Assembly (NCBI GenBank): GCA_973895155.1
Contig: OZ316894.1
Location: forward strand, 6,968,234-7,032,233
Reading direction: 5' to 3'
Length of the DNA: 64,000 bases
Origin: Marsupella aquatica
Lineage: Eukaryota > Plantae > Marchantiophyta
The position numbers and the translations under genes were made by a program. The notes beneath the pieces were generated by a model. It saw only the letters and a program-made list of their open reading frames with translations. It made no database searches and was not told the DNA's origin. Below are positions 11,865 to 25,540 of this stretch, piece by piece (position 1 is the stretch's first letter; each line of letters begins with the position of its first letter).

Positions 11865-14569
11865 ATAACTATAGTAATGTTCATCAATTGATGGGAAGAT
11901 GGAAATGTACCCGCCCCGGCCAGCAAGAATCTCTGCTTGGGAATGAAGCCCCCGTACAGATTTATGGAGGAGAGCTCTGATTTTTTGAGGCTGCTCACTG
12001 ACAGTAATTAGTTGTTGAATTCAATTGACAAATCATCCAAGTTGTCGCAGAGATTAATGACACTGCGTACTCCAGTACTCCACGCTACAATACGAGTAGC
12101 CGACTGCATGATATGTCTCGTGTGGTACTTATCGAGCAGTTCCGCACGATCGAACCACCCGATCAATCTAGAAAAAACGACATGAAGCACTCTCGACCGG
12201 CCCCTTGACTTTTGGCTGAGCTCGAGCCTTCCAGCGGAATGGATTCGGGAGAACGGTACCTTTGCAACTAAATCGCCAAAATCAACTTTTAGAAATTAAA
12301 GAAAATCTTCCACGAATGTGCCCTGTTGGTACTGCTAGTACACAGCTGCGTCACGTTATTGCACCTCAGGTGTTGTACAAATTGAGTGAGCCTGAACACG
12401 TTGTCTTCAACAGTGTGTTCAGGAAATAAAGTTGCTGCACAAACTACAGTAGTGAAGGGTCATGTTATATTCTTTTTGAGAATATATATATATTTATTTG
12501 TTTATTTTTACATTTATAGCAATTTTTACCTAGCCAAACAATCCATCCGGCCTTCAGATTCAGCCAAATATGTCCATCGTCCTTCTGAAAATCAGAAATG
12601 TGAATCAATCATAGCCTTTCAACAATAAACTGTTTTTCTGAATCACATTCATTCATACCCTCTTTCAGTTGCCTTTCCCCGAGGTGCCCTTAGCCTAGCT
12701 ACCCAAACCTGCCCAGGATGAAAATTTTTAATTAAAACAAATAAAATTTAATGATTACAATTGAAACCCAAAACATTAAATATTTTGAAAAAAACACTTG
12801 AATATGAATAGAATGTATAAAATATTTATTTCCTTGATAATTAAAAAATAAATAAAAGAGGAAAAATGAAACCAAAATATTCACTCCTTTCAGGCAATTG
12901 TGCTTGGACTCTGCAGTGCTTTCTTGTCTCACCTCCATTTCCTTGCCTCTCCTTCGTATCTTTGCCTTGTTTAAACATATTTCCCTCTATTCGACATCTT
13001 TGTTCACCCTGACATCTTTGCCTCGACTTGACATCTAAACTAGCCTCGACATTCATATTTTCCTTGGCTTCAAAGTCTTGTCACACCCGGACATCCTGGT
13101 CTTGTCTTGGCATAATAGTTAGGGTGTACTGTATGACTCTATACTATGATAAACATAACTATTCATAATACACCTTATTAGTCTAGTACATGATATATTG
13201 TTACATTTTGATTTTCAATTATGGAACCATATTTTGGCTCTAAGCAAGTAGGCTTCATATTAAAGTGCCATTGTCTATACCAAAACCTGGTTTCACCAAG
13301 TTTCACCATTTTTAATATCTTATTCCTGGAATTGTGGAGCACCATTCACTTTAGAGGAGAAAAAGTGAAAAATCTTGGACACTTTTATATGGACAGTGTT
13401 GATTTGAGATCCACTGTAGACGAGAACCGGAGACCAAGCATCAACGTACTAGAGAAAACCTTCGTAATAAACAACTTCGAATATGATTTTCTCTCCCTGC
13501 ATATATTCGTATTCTTCTCTCTGTCCTGATTTGGAGAATTTATAGGTTAACTCGCACACTTTGGCAGTGCTGCTGGCCTTTATTAGTGATTAGTGTACCG
13601 TTAGTGATTAGTGCGACTGAACTGTAAGAGCATAAGACATAAGACTGAGATTTACTAGTCCGACTGTTACAGGCCACTTACTGGTACTTGAGTAGCTCAC
13701 CGGCAATACAGTTGATTTCAGTCAACCCAGTCCTCATGTGGCAGGTTTCTGGAAGCAGGCTAGCACGATTCGACATTTCAACAATTCAATGATGTGTTTG
13801 TTTAGTTGTGTATTTATTGCTTGAAAGGAAGCACAGAGGAGACGGCTTCTCACAAATTGCGTTAAGCATTCCAACAAAAATCCTAGCAGTTTAGGCATAC
13901 CTTAGACGGGAGCATGAACTTAAATGAGATTCACTCACTTCCTTAGATACACACGTGCCACACAGTACAAGTTTCAACATACAACAAATCTCAAAGAAGT
14001 TGTTTGCATCATGCCCAGCCCTTAAGCACAGCCTGTACCGAATATGAACGGAAGGTTGTGGTCTTGTTTTGACCACGAAATGTTTTATTTATCCGGTTCC
14101 AAATATCAATAAACATTTAGTGATCCCATCATGTTTGGAACACTAAATTAATGCGCATCTTACCTAGATTGCAGAATCGGCACATGATGTCACCCAAGAT
14201 GAAGTCACTCACAACCATATATTATGAAGGTTGATCTCTTGACTAGAATTCCATACAGTAGAGCTTCGTTAAGGTCTAATCTAAATGACCTTGGATTGCA
14301 ACTATTATCTCCTAATCTCCTATGTTAGGATGAGTATGCTATATGGTGAATGCACATTTCAGATTTTGTCTTATTCATATTTTTGTGTCATGTATTTTTA
14401 TTTCAATCTGCCTTATCAAGGCGCAGCCTTTGTATTCTATATATTTTTAATTAATTTTTAGACCCCTTTAGTTTTAGGTATTCTAGAGTGTTTTGAACTT
14501 ATTTTGGCAACCCCCTTTCACAATATGTGTTTTCTTAGAGATGAAACCAAAGGCTCCACCACCACGAGT

Positions 14570-14778
14570 GAGATAAATGATACTGAAGAACATGAATGCA
14601 TAGCCTCTTAAGTTTTCCTCATGTTTTTCTTTTCTAGGTTTATAGTTTTTATTGAAAGGAGTGTCATTCATAATGAGAGAAATGATGCTGAAGAACATGA
14701 ATGCATAGTCTCTTAAGTTCTCCTCATGTTTTTCTTTCTTAGGTTTATGGTTTTTATTGAAAAGAGTGTCATTTATAA
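14570..14778. repeat. ~105 bp imperfect tandem duplication
   Basis: AAATGAT.CTGAAGAACATGAATGCATAG.CTCTTAAGTT...GAGTGTCATT occurs twice. Confidence 0.75.
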
Positions 14779-14789
14779 GGCACCCTGAG

Positions 14790-15785
14790 GAGATATATGC
14801 TTGATGGGCCCCCTGGTGAACCTTTCTTACCTGATGGGCCCCTAGGTAACTTTTTTTACCAAGTAGGACCCCTCTTAATGACCAGTACACCTGTTCTTGT
14901 GTGGTGCCTACACCTGTCCTTGTGTGGTGCCTACTATGTATGGTGACTTCAAGAAAACTGCACAGTTGAACCGTGCGGTCGATTTTACATGGTCGACCGA
15001 GAAACCACAGAGATTATTCGGGAGAAACCGTGAAAAGCGACTGCCGCTGTCGAAAGTGCGATTTGAAGACAATATGCATTATGTCTTCGGATTCACTGGG
15101 TTAATGCTTGAAGACACAATGAATTATGTCTCCGGGTTCAAATTTTTACCGTATCGTGGGGTAGTTATTAGGTATGTTTTTCACGTTGCACACATGGGTT
15201 TTTCATGATGTTTTCATGCACGACTGTCAGCGTCAGTGTGGGGTACCTCCAAATGTCCACAAAGAATATTCAAGTTCAATGTTCATAATTTGCCTACTGT
15301 CGCCACAACAAAAATTGATAAATGATTGACAATTGCGCTCAAAAATGGTAATATTCCCTGTGCAATGCATACAAACAATTTTAAAGAAGACAGACCCAAA
15401 GGTGTCGGGGTACACCCTAAACCCTAAACCTTGAAACACAGGAAAATATAATCCATTGAGTCTTCAGGCATTAACCCATTGAATCCGAAGACATAATGCA
15501 TATTGTCTTCAAATCGCAGTTTCGACAGCGGCAGTCGCTTTTCGCGGTTTCTCCCGAATCATCTCCGTGGTTTCTTGGTTGACCATGCAAGGTTGACCGC
15601 ACGGTTCAACTGTGCAGTTTGCTTGGAGTCACCATACATAGTAGGCACCACACAAGGACAAGTGTAGGCACCACACAAGAACAGGTGTACTGGTCATTAA
15701 GAGGGGTCCTACTTGGTAAAAAAAGTTACCTAGGGGCCCATCAGGTAAGAAAGGTTCACCAGGGGGCCCATCAAACATATATCTT
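14790..15785. mobile_element. Non-autonomous MULE-type foldback element (~1 kb, ~335 bp TIRs)
   Basis: 14790-~15128 is the reverse complement of ~15448-15785; perfect 9-bp TSD CACCCTGAG (14781-14789 / 15786-15794). Confidence 0.9.
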
Positions 15786-18270
15786 CACCCTGAGTTAAGT
15801 GCACATATCGTAACATCGTTTGACTGTACTTTTTCTTGGTCATTGTGCTTTTCTTGGTAGACACTTTATTTATATAAGAGCACTTCTATGCTCTTATATT
15901 TTATTTACTTTAAGATCACTACAAGACAAAAAAAATAAAGCATGTTTGAGGATGAACATGTTATATATGCTATATATAGTTGCAATGACCTTGGACAAGC
16001 GCGGATAATTGGGTTGCTATCTCCCAATTATGGATTGCAACTATTATCTCCTATCTCCTATGTTCATATATAGTCGCAACAGGTTCAACTTATACAATTC
16101 AGTTAGAAGGATTGGATGAACCAGGGAATTGAGTTATTCTCGGAAAGGGAACAAAATATCCAGTAGGCTTCTTGGCCCGTGAAACAGTTCGTGACAATAA
16201 TAATGACATAAAGTTCACATATAACGGCCTTTGGAATTGAAGCAAATAATTTTACTCGAACGCTCTCCAAATGTGCCTGGTACGGTCCACTAACTCATTC
16301 TGCCGTAGGCTGCAGTATTATGTGTTTGGCACGGACGATGGTTTACTTTTCGGAACAGAATGTTAGTGGTGAAACCCTAAACTTTCATTACCTGCTATTC
16401 TGCGATTTGTCCGTCCTTCTGACATTCTGAACTCTTGAATGAATCTTGTTTTCATGAATGAATGCCAAAATTCTTGGTGAATGTTCAACAATCAAATCTG
16501 AGTCCTACTGTCAAAACGAGCTGACAGTAAATGGCACTAAATTTGCAATACGTATGAAGTCATCACACTGCACGAAGCCTTTATTGCTGACAAGGTTGGG
16601 CTGTAGATTGATCCATCAGCTAAGGTTACTGATATGTCCACTCGGTTTCAATTAATCTTGGAAGTTTTTCGTTATTTGCTTTCTCGTCTGTGCGCTTATT
16701 CGTTCGCGTTCCCCTTTCCCGCTTTTTAGATTTTAAGAGAATTTTGAAACTTCAGGCGAATGAATTGAAGTCCTGGTCCCTCTCAGTGACCTATACTGTT
16801 GTAGCAATCCTGATCAATTCGTTTTCTTGCAAAAATGGTCAACGAAAGCTTTAATGGGGCCCTTGCACAAAAACCGTAAGGAGGCCCTTTCTTTTGAAAA
16901 GGACATTCCTGCCGCTCTAAATCTTGAAGTGCTCCATAGTCAACCAGCCTAGCACTCTGCAACTCGAATGTCCCTACCTTCCTTCTCGTAGTGATTCTAC
17001 AACAGGGCGTCTCCAAATTTTCCCTCACGCATTTTTTCAGTCAGTTGCTGCGCAAAATTCCAATCGAGCTTCACCAAAACCTAACTTCCAGGAAAATCAA
17101 CCCACAGAGTTTTCGGTTTGAGACGGTCACAACTCCCGCCCACAGATTGAGTCAACATCAGTAGGGCACCGACGATTTTTGAACGGTGCCGATGCATGTG
17201 GGTGGACCAATTTTTGGTGCAGATGCTGGTGCCCTGACTATACAAGTTAGTGCTTGGGGGGACTGCAGATTTTATCCCGTGACCCAATTGCATTCTGACA
17301 GTCTCCTAGCATAGAAATACATTGGGCCCTCTCAAACACGTAAAATTGTGCACCAAAGATTGTGGTCATGGACGATGTTAGAATTCATATGTATCTAGAG
17401 TCCCTTTCACGACCTCCGCCTGTATAAATCAGCGAGACAGATCAAAACTAAAAAGTGGTCTGATGAACATCTTCTCCTCTCATAACATTGGGGTACGAAG
17501 GTAATGAGCTCAATATCAGGGGGAAATATGCCTAACTATTGAATGGAAGTTACATCGATTGCGCAGGCGTGGAGAGTGGGCGGGCGCACTCGATTCATTA
17601 CTCTTGTATATTCAGCGTCAATCTAGCTCTAAAACGGCAGCGGAAATAGACATTATGAAACTGGCCATTATACCACCTACTCCAATGCTCCATCTTTTCT
17701 GTCTGGAGCAGTTATTCAATGTCCTGCCGTTATTGACTCCCAATTCTCTTTTGGCTTTTACCCGGTTGACCGAATGACTGTATGATCTCATCAGCAAGGA
17801 AAGTGGAAACGGATATAGATGAAAAGGACTATTCGTGCAGTGGCTTTTTGGGCTGACTGATGAGTGCAAAATCAATTTGATGTTTTCATCAACGTTCAGA
17901 GTAGGGTACGATCGCAGAGTCCTAAGGCAGTGTCGGACACCCGCAAAATGGGAGTCTGGAATCGTGAAATTCAGAAATTGGGATTGGTGTTGGCAACAGT
18001 AGTACATGCGGTACATTTTTATTCAGTGCACGGTTTCCTCTCACGGTCAGCCTGCCAACCATCCTTTCCACGAAGGCCATAGTTGTCAACGCAGCCATAG
18101 TACCGTCCGAGTAATTCAATCGCGTTGTAAGGATTTGCACAGTCGGAGTACGTCTACCTCCAAGCGATCACCATTCTTTGCATTGTGAATTTTATTTTTG
18201 TGACGGGGTTAGGTTTATGGGGTTGACTCACCCCCGGACTCACCAGTCGAGATGAGACTCACGATTGAAT

Positions 18271-18433
18271 TACGTATAGGGTAATGCAGGTCTGGGCGCA
18301 GGGTTACTAGGCTGTAACCCTGCATCCGGAATATGAAAAGAAACTGACCGGCGGCAGCCGGGAAGCTTCTTTGAAAAATCCGGGAGCAGGTTACAACCTA
18401 TAACCCCAGCCTTGCCCTGCATTAGCATACGTA
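18271..18433. mobile_element. Small degenerate foldback element, possibly a TA-target (Stowaway-like) MITE
   Basis: TACGTAT..TAATGCAGG..GGGTTA.TAGG.TGTAACC pairs imperfectly with GGTTACAACCTATAACCC..CCTGCATTA..ATACGTA. Confidence 0.45.
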
Positions 18434-19355
18434 ACTCCTGTCCGGAAAGAGGTTACCGACTCAACTTTTCAGGACACCAGATTATGACTATAGCAGGCCC
18501 CTGTAGAAATGGTTACACACCGGTAACCTCTTCTCCTGACAGGATTTACGATGCAGAAGCGATGATCCGGTATGGCGGGCTTTTAATTCAACTTATTTGA
18601 CAGTTTCGATGTCTCCATATCGAAACTTTGTATCAATATATTTAGCGCTATTCCAAATATAGATGCACATTAATGAGGCGAGAGGGAGGGTTTATAGGGT
18701 ATTACAGTGTCGAATGTCGCGGTTACATCACTTCACGGTTTTGGGCAGTCCGTACACTATTCGGGCAGCATGTCCCTTATCGGCCATGGCACTCCCGCAC
18801 CTGTCCCCAAAGCATGCCCCAAACTGTCCCTATTGAAATGAAAACCTGTCCCGGGCCCGCACCCCCGATTGCACCGGCGCTAAAATCCCCCTCTCGGGTC
18901 GCCTGGATTTACACTCCGTCGCGATGTATGCAAAAGGGACTGTATTCCCTAAATTTTGTAATGCACTTTAATCCCTATGTACGCATTCAAATCAGGAATA
19001 CTGTTTCAAAATCTTTAGGGAGCGGGACGGAGACTCGATTCGCATGTCTGAACTCCTGCAAGGGAATGTTGTGAGACACTCTGCACATTCTCTGCCACAA
19101 CAGCGTGTACTGAGGAGTGGAATGGAATGGAATGTCACCCGATGATTCCCGATGTGCCAAAATCAATCATTCGTGTGGTAACAGCGTGCTAATATGTGAC
19201 CACTTGAGGTGCATGCGATGTATTCGAGTTCCGTGTTAGAAGTGTTGCACCTGGCTGGACATTGTAACTTGGTTGTGTGAAGGCGCCACGGCTTATGCCA
19301 ATGTCCAATCCATTCAGCACAAGAGAGGAGCAACAGGGAGAATAGTGCAACAAAC

Positions 19356-21660
19356 ATGTGGCTGGTTCACAGAATGGACAGTATAGATGAAAATCACATT
19401 TCCAGCGCGGATGGAGTTGAACCGGATGCTCTGGATCGAGTCTTAGAGCATCTACGTGACCTTACTATCCAGGACCTGGAGGTTCGCAATGATACCGTGC
19501 CACCAGTAAGTCCATCCATGCGGAAAAGCCACTCTGAATATTTGAAATGTGACAAAATTCACAATCCGCGGCTTGGTGAATTTGAACTGAATGCTCTTGA
19601 ATGGTTTGGTTCGAAGTCTGATTATGCTTGGATCCTAGAGGGAAGGCTGAAAGATTTCATTTGGGGTGAAAATATGCGCGACAATTTCCATACACAGTTC
19701 ACTACCCGGTAGATGGTGGAGAACTGCATCTATAAGACAGGTCCTTTGGTGAAGACAACTACATTATATTGTTGTTGTTATGGGCCTGAGGATTATTGCG
19801 GCTGGAAATCGAGCAAGGTACCAGACACACTCAAATGCAAGGAAACGGGAATCTTTCTCAAGAGAAAAACTCTAACAGTGAACCCTTTTTTTCTCATAAT
19901 CTTAATGTTTGCATCAGGAGAACGAGCTATTTCCAGATGTATCTCCAAATTCAACTCAACCTCCTCTTTGATTCTTGCAGGAATGTCTGTACGCCGTGGC
20001 TGCAGATGCTCATTCACCTCCACAAAATATGAGGACCGGCCTGGGGCTATGCTGATCAAATGGATCCGGAAAGATCATTTGGACAGGGCTGGTAATATCT
20101 GTCACGGCCTGAAAGACCCCACAGCCTTTCAATGCAATGCACATATTGCTCCAAGAATCTCATTGAAGCTAAGGACAAAAATTGAACGATACCTGCGGGC
20201 AAGCTTGACTGCCAGGGCAATTGTTGATGCACATTTTGAGGAAATCCTTACTAGGTGGCGTAAGGACCACCCAGCTGAGGATGCCGATTTCATCATGTCC
20301 ACAGACATGCAACTCACTCCTAGGGATGTCCAAACAGTGAGGGATTGTATGCGACGGCGTGAACCCGACTACTGCTCAGACGAAGCGCAAGCGACAAAAC
20401 TATGGGTGCTTCAAAATGAAGAACAAGTTCTCTTGTATCAGCCGCAGGTCAAAGCACACAACCAGCCTTTCATTCTTATGTGGTTGTCTCCTTGGCAACA
20501 AAAGAAGTTAGCCCAACTTGGGCATGGGGGGCCAGTAGCATTTGATGCCACTTTTGGCACCAATCACCTTGGGGTAAGTACTGTTGTGCCAGAACTAAGT
20601 CTTTCATACCCTGTTCCTGCCATGGAAATCGATGGACTCGAGCTAACCCGGCTGTGGACAATTTCTTTGTTTTGCAGTTTCCCTTTTACATAGTTGTTGT
20701 CTTTGACAAATTCCAGAATGCCATCCCCGTTGCTTTTGCCCTTATGCAATCGTACAAAGCTGCACTTGTGGGCCGAACCCTAAATGCCCTGAAGGATCGT
20801 GTCAATGCCAAGAGGGGTGAGCTAAATCTCATCCTCCCCTGGAAGCCAAACTGTTGGATCATTGATGTGGCGGATGAGGAGCAGGCAGCAATCAGGTATA
20901 TAGACGTGCAAAAGCTGTACGAGTCCTTGAAACATTCCCAGGCAAATCAAAGACTATCAGCACTTCAATAAATTAAAGTTCTCTAAGATATGGAATGTGT
21001 GAATGTTTGCTGTAGGCAGGTATTCCCAGAAGTACATATTACTTTTTGCACATGGCACGTTCGAAGGGCCTGGACAAAGAACATAATCTCGAAAGTCTTT
21101 TGCCCATTTGCCAAAGCACAGATTAATGCAGAATTGGGTGCAATCATGTACTCAAACGGTCCCAGTATGTTCACACTCCTCCACCTCTTTTCAGATCCTG
21201 CAACAAGTCAGTCCACCTCCGTAGTCAGCGCTAAGTCTAACATGAAATTACGTGCCCTGCAGATTTGACTGAAGAGACTGAAGCCTTTATGGATCGGTGG
21301 AGAAACAGTCAACCCGGATTTGTTGTTTATTACAAGCGAGAATGGCACAACAAAGTATGTAGCTGGGCAGTTAAATTACAGGGCTACAACCACGCCAATC
21401 AGACAACAAATGGGGGTATCGAGCGTTGGCATCACACTTTGAAGATGGAGTTGAAGGCAGGTCGCTACAGCATTGCCGGACGCTCCATTCCTTGGCTTCT
21501 TGGGCGAGTAAGAGTGCTGGAAAATTACTATTGGTGCATTTTGGCTGACAAATTCCAGGGCCGCATTCGAAATAAGACCATTGAAGGGCATGTGCACAAG
21601 TCCCTACAACGGGCCAAGGCTATCCCAGATGATAGCGTGACCACTTTTCATTGTGGTGAG
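19356..21660 (+). pseudogene. MULE DDE transposase, 5' part (multi-exon), interrupted at 21660
   Basis: Motifs AFDATFGTN, PVAFAL, WIIDVADEEQAAI, VFPEVHITFCTWHVRRAW and TTNGGIERWHHTLK; GT-AG introns; in-frame TAG at 19710-19712. Confidence 0.9.
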
Positions 21661-21969
21661 AACACGATTTCGGACCGACCGAGAAGTGTGACACACTTCT
21701 TGTTTAGCCCGATTCCATTTTTTAAGGCAATGCAATCTCCAATAAAACTGCCAAAAAATCAAAAAAACATGAGTTGCCTACATTGCATCGCCGCGGGAAT
21801 GCAGGGAGCGATACGTGCATCGGGTTTTACATTCAGTCTGTGAAAAAGTCCGAACTGCGAGTAACTTGGTCCAAAACCACGTAATCGAGGGTCGACCACG
21901 CACTAACCCGGGTTAAGGCGGAAAGTAACCATGGTTAAGGGGGAAAGTTACCATGGTTAGAGCATCCCC

Positions 21970-21977
21970 TATATAAA
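21970..21977 (+). promoter_or_regulatory. Candidate TATA box reading into the Sola-like element from the left end
   Basis: CCCCTATATAAAGAG upstream of the plus-strand cargo ORFs; motif only. Confidence 0.3.
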
Positions 21978-22276
21978 GAGGAGCGGGTTGCCCATAAAAA
22001 GTTTATTTTTGCCAGAGCGAACAACACCTCACTCAAAGTGAATATTGAACTCCTATCAAGTCTTGCATTCCTCCCAAGAGACTTGACTCTTTCTCCAGAG
22101 AACCCAATAAATTTATCGGAACTACCATTCCAGTCAAGTATCATCCATGTAAGGTTGACTTGTCATTTGGTGTCAATGTCCTGATCCGAGAGGACTGCGA
22201 TAAATTTATCGCAGTTTGCATTCCTCTGTTGCATTCCTTTGATCCAGTGCGCATTCATTCCATAAATTATATTCAA

Positions 22277-22500
22277 AGTCCAATAAATTTATCGGAGTAT
22301 CCATTCCTATCATTGATTGAAGATTGCTTGAGACTCCGATAAATTTATCGGAGTTTCCATTCCTATGATTGATTGAAGATTGCCTGAGACTTCGATAAAT
22401 TTATCAAAGTTTCCATTCCTGTGATTGATTGAAGATTGCTTGAGACTCCGATAAATTTATCGGAGTTTCCATTCCTATGATTGATTGAAGATTGCTTGAG
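22277..22500. repeat. 4 x 56-bp tandem repeat, each unit carrying the palindrome CCGATAAATTTATCGG or a variant
   Basis: Palindrome starts at 22280, 22336, 22392 and 22448, a 56-bp period. Confidence 0.9.
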
Positions 22501-23243
22501 TGTGTGAGGGAGTCATGTCTTCAAGATGAATGCGAGGTGCGATAAAGTTATCGCACCCTCCTGTGAGACTCATCTTCCTTTGTTTTGTTTGGAGACTCAT
22601 CTTCCTCTATGATGTCGCAGTGCTGCAAGGTTTAGGAGGCACAACGAAAGGTCGATTGCACTTGGTGGATCAAAGGTATAGTGACAAATAGCTGTCTTAA
22701 TTCAAAATCGTGTCAAACGTGCATGCCGGTTGTACAAGAAACTCATGCAACGTAAAGTTCTCCCCATTGGTGTAGGAGTGTTGTGGATGGGTGGTACTGA
22801 TCCCGGAGATAGGCAGAATCCTCTCCGGATTGAGTTCTGCGGAATGAATGGTGCAGGAGTTCCAATCCGTTCGAGGTTGATGTTAATAGCGTGTCTCAAT
22901 TCTTTGGAGTTTTCTTGTAACTATTGTTGTCGTCGTCTTGACAACAAGTACCATAAATTGGCATACTTATGTTGTCAGATTTGGAACGAGGACCCTTGGG
23001 TCAACCTTTCATGATGAGTGTTGTGACCTTCACATTGTGGCGCATTTTGTAAGGACACATTTAAGTAAACAAGTCCTACCCATGTGCAGCGAATACAATA
23101 TGGTCCGAGTCCTAATCTTTAAACTATCATGCAGGGTTGGTACTGTGGATATCTTCGATTACACTTGGTGATGAAGGTACTTTTATTGGTGGTTTTGGTA
23201 GCTCTGCTTCATTGCTGCGTCGGAGAACCTAATCGTTGCTAAG

Positions 23244-23759
23244 ATGGCATCTGTATTAGCCCACGAGCGTAGGAAATATATTCAAGGAAAAGTGCCTAGT
23301 GTGAAATGTGGAAGTCTGTTGAATGGACTTCCTGATCAACTTGTTGAATCTCACATTTGGCCTCTCTTGGCGTTGTCTTGCACACAAGATGAACACCTTG
23401 GCCTTGACCTAAAACTTTTACCCGAAGAACGACTGGCTCGAATGAGAACAATCATTTGTCTTGGAGCCATCTTGAAGAAATGGAACCATCTTGTTGTTGG
23501 TACACAATTTTGGGCTTTACTGAAATATGCAGTCTATGAGATTAATGACATAAACCAAATGCTCGCAAGCATTCCTAATGCCGACCTTCTCTCAAACCTA
23601 CATATTGCTAGGGTCTTCCGAGAGGAAACTCATTTCCTCCCTCCCATAGATATGCTTGGGTGCTTCTCGTATGACCGATTAGATGCGTTTCTTAGAGTTT
23701 GGGTGAATCTTGGAGAAAGCGGGAAGCGGACAATTCTTGCATGGCATGGACAAGTCTGA
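23244..23759 (+). CDS. F-box-like protein (transposon cargo), 171 aa
   Basis: LLNGLPDQLVESHIWPLL...IICLGAILKKWNHLV fits the F-box consensus LP-E-L-I...L-VCK-W with an insertion; intact ATG-to-stop ORF. Confidence 0.55.
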   Translation: MASVLAHERRKYIQGKVPSVKCGSLLNGLPDQLVESHIWPLLALSCTQDEHLGLDLKLLPEERLARMRTIICLGAILKKWNHLVVGTQFWALLKYAVYEINDINQMLASIPNADLLSNLHIARVFREETHFLPPIDMLGCFSYDRLDAFLRVWVNLGESGKRTILAWHGQV

Positions 23760-24003
23760 GCGGATGAGGCATTGCTGCAAACATCCGATAAATTTATCGC
23801 ACTCCTCATTCCTCTGGTCGATTTAGTAGTCAATTGTTTTGGGTGCTCTAAGGTTTGCTCAAGAAGAGCTTGTAAAAAAACACTTTGAATGTAAATGACC
23901 CTGCCTCGCCTGACTTCGGGTTGTGTGGTCCAGAGTGTAGTTTTTTGCGCCTCTACGGATGATTATGTTGGGTATTTACTCTTACGTCTAGGTTAGGTAT
24001 GAC

Positions 24004-24127
24004 GTGGTTGGTACAACAACGCGGGTTGGTACAACTACGTGGTTAGGTACAACTACGTGATTAGGTACAACTATGTGGTTAGGTACAACTACGTGATTAG
24101 GTACAACTATGTGGTTAGGTACAACTA
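24004..24127 (+). repeat. ~7 x 18-bp tandem repeat in the U3 region of LTR A (also ~30078-30201)
   Basis: Unit GTGGTTAGGTACAACTAC and variants. Confidence 0.85.
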
Positions 24128-25540
24128 AGTTGCACACTATATCATAAGAGGCATGTGTGCTTGGAGAGGTAGAACCAAGGCTCATTGTTATGGAGCCACT
24201 TGAGAGATAGGGAGAGCTTACACTGTGGAGACTCGGTATAGCCGACGGGCTTAGAGTTCAGTAAAGCTCTCTTGTGTGTTCCCGTGGACGTAGCCTCAAG
24301 GAGGTGAACCACGTATCTCTTGTGTCGACTATTGTGCGTTGGATGGTTCATGGGCTTGCCGTTGCGATCGTCGTCTATGCTCAACAATTGGTATCAGAGC
24401 ATGCTTGGGAGGTGACGTTTGTTCGTGACGGGATTTCATGATGGTTTTTCCAGCGTTGAGTGTTGGTGGATTTTCCAGAGTTCCATCGCATGGAACTTGG
24501 AGTTTATGGGCTCAACGGATAGATCAGGGCAAGAGCTTTCTAACGGTGTGAAGAAATCGTTGAACGGAGCTCGTGGTGCAGAGAGATCTAAGTTTTTGTC
24601 GTTCTGGATTTTGTGAAGAAAGTTGGCAATCGACTCAGAGGGAGAAGCGTCAAGTGTTTTGACTCAACGGAGAGATTGAGGCAAGACGATTGTTTTTGAG
24701 TCCGGGATTGGCTCTTTGATGCAAAGAGGAAGGCTAAGCAAAATCAATTACCTTGTTGGACTTGGTGACGACACCAAGTGCAATTGATCAACATTCGTTG
24801 TTGACAAGGTACCATTTTTTTCTCTTTGAAAAACTGATTCGAAATTGGCTATGGCAATTGAGAGAAATCTGTCATCTTTACCAATTTTTTTCTCCCTCGT
24901 TCTTTCCTCGTTTTGGGTGCTTCTTATATCGATCTTCATCACCTCGGAGTCTAGTTTCCAAATCTGAAATCGGATCTTGATTTAGTCAAAACTCGAGTGA
25001 GATATCTTGCGTTTGGTGTCGAGGGGTACATTCTGCCGTGTGTATTTTCTGCGCGCGCGACCAGATTTCGACGACGAAGGGTGGTAGGGGGTTTTGGGGG
25101 TTCGAGGACACATGTCAGCCCCTCGATTGTTCTTCCAAAATTCCCACAGGGCCTGTACAAGGGTCATAGAATATTCCAAAAAACCAGAGAGCTATTTTTT
25201 GACCGTCCGACAAAGATTTCATCCGCCGAACGGTAACTTTTTTGGTTATTTTTTGGCGAGGTCGTAGCCATTGAAGTTGGCAATGCAGCGCACCAATCAC
25301 ATCGCAATTCCGACAACGGGTTGTACTTGGTATTTCGGTTATTCCCTGAGGTGGTCAAAACGGGGGAGTTTCCCAAGGTTTTACCCACCTCGACCAAAAT
25401 TTGAATAACTTTTCCGTCAAATTTCGATTTTGATTTCGGTTTTCAGTATTGGACTCCTAGCTTTGTGGGCTACGCGGCGGTGTTGAGTTTCGAGTTTTTT
25501 GAGAAGTTGTGAAAAACAACATTTTTTGTGACTTTCTCAT

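Noticed and set aside
15414-15430. Telomere-like ACCCTAA repeats
   Set aside because: Only about two units; too short to call an interstitial telomere.
10689-18200. Numerous 60-135 aa ORFs between the P450 and the MULE
   Set aside because: No recognisable motifs, mostly non-ATG starts or located in repeats; consistent with chance ORFs.
22277-22500. CRISPR-like array of regularly spaced palindromes
   Set aside because: The intervening sequences are near-identical, so this is a tandem repeat without unique spacers; there are no cas genes and the context is eukaryotic.
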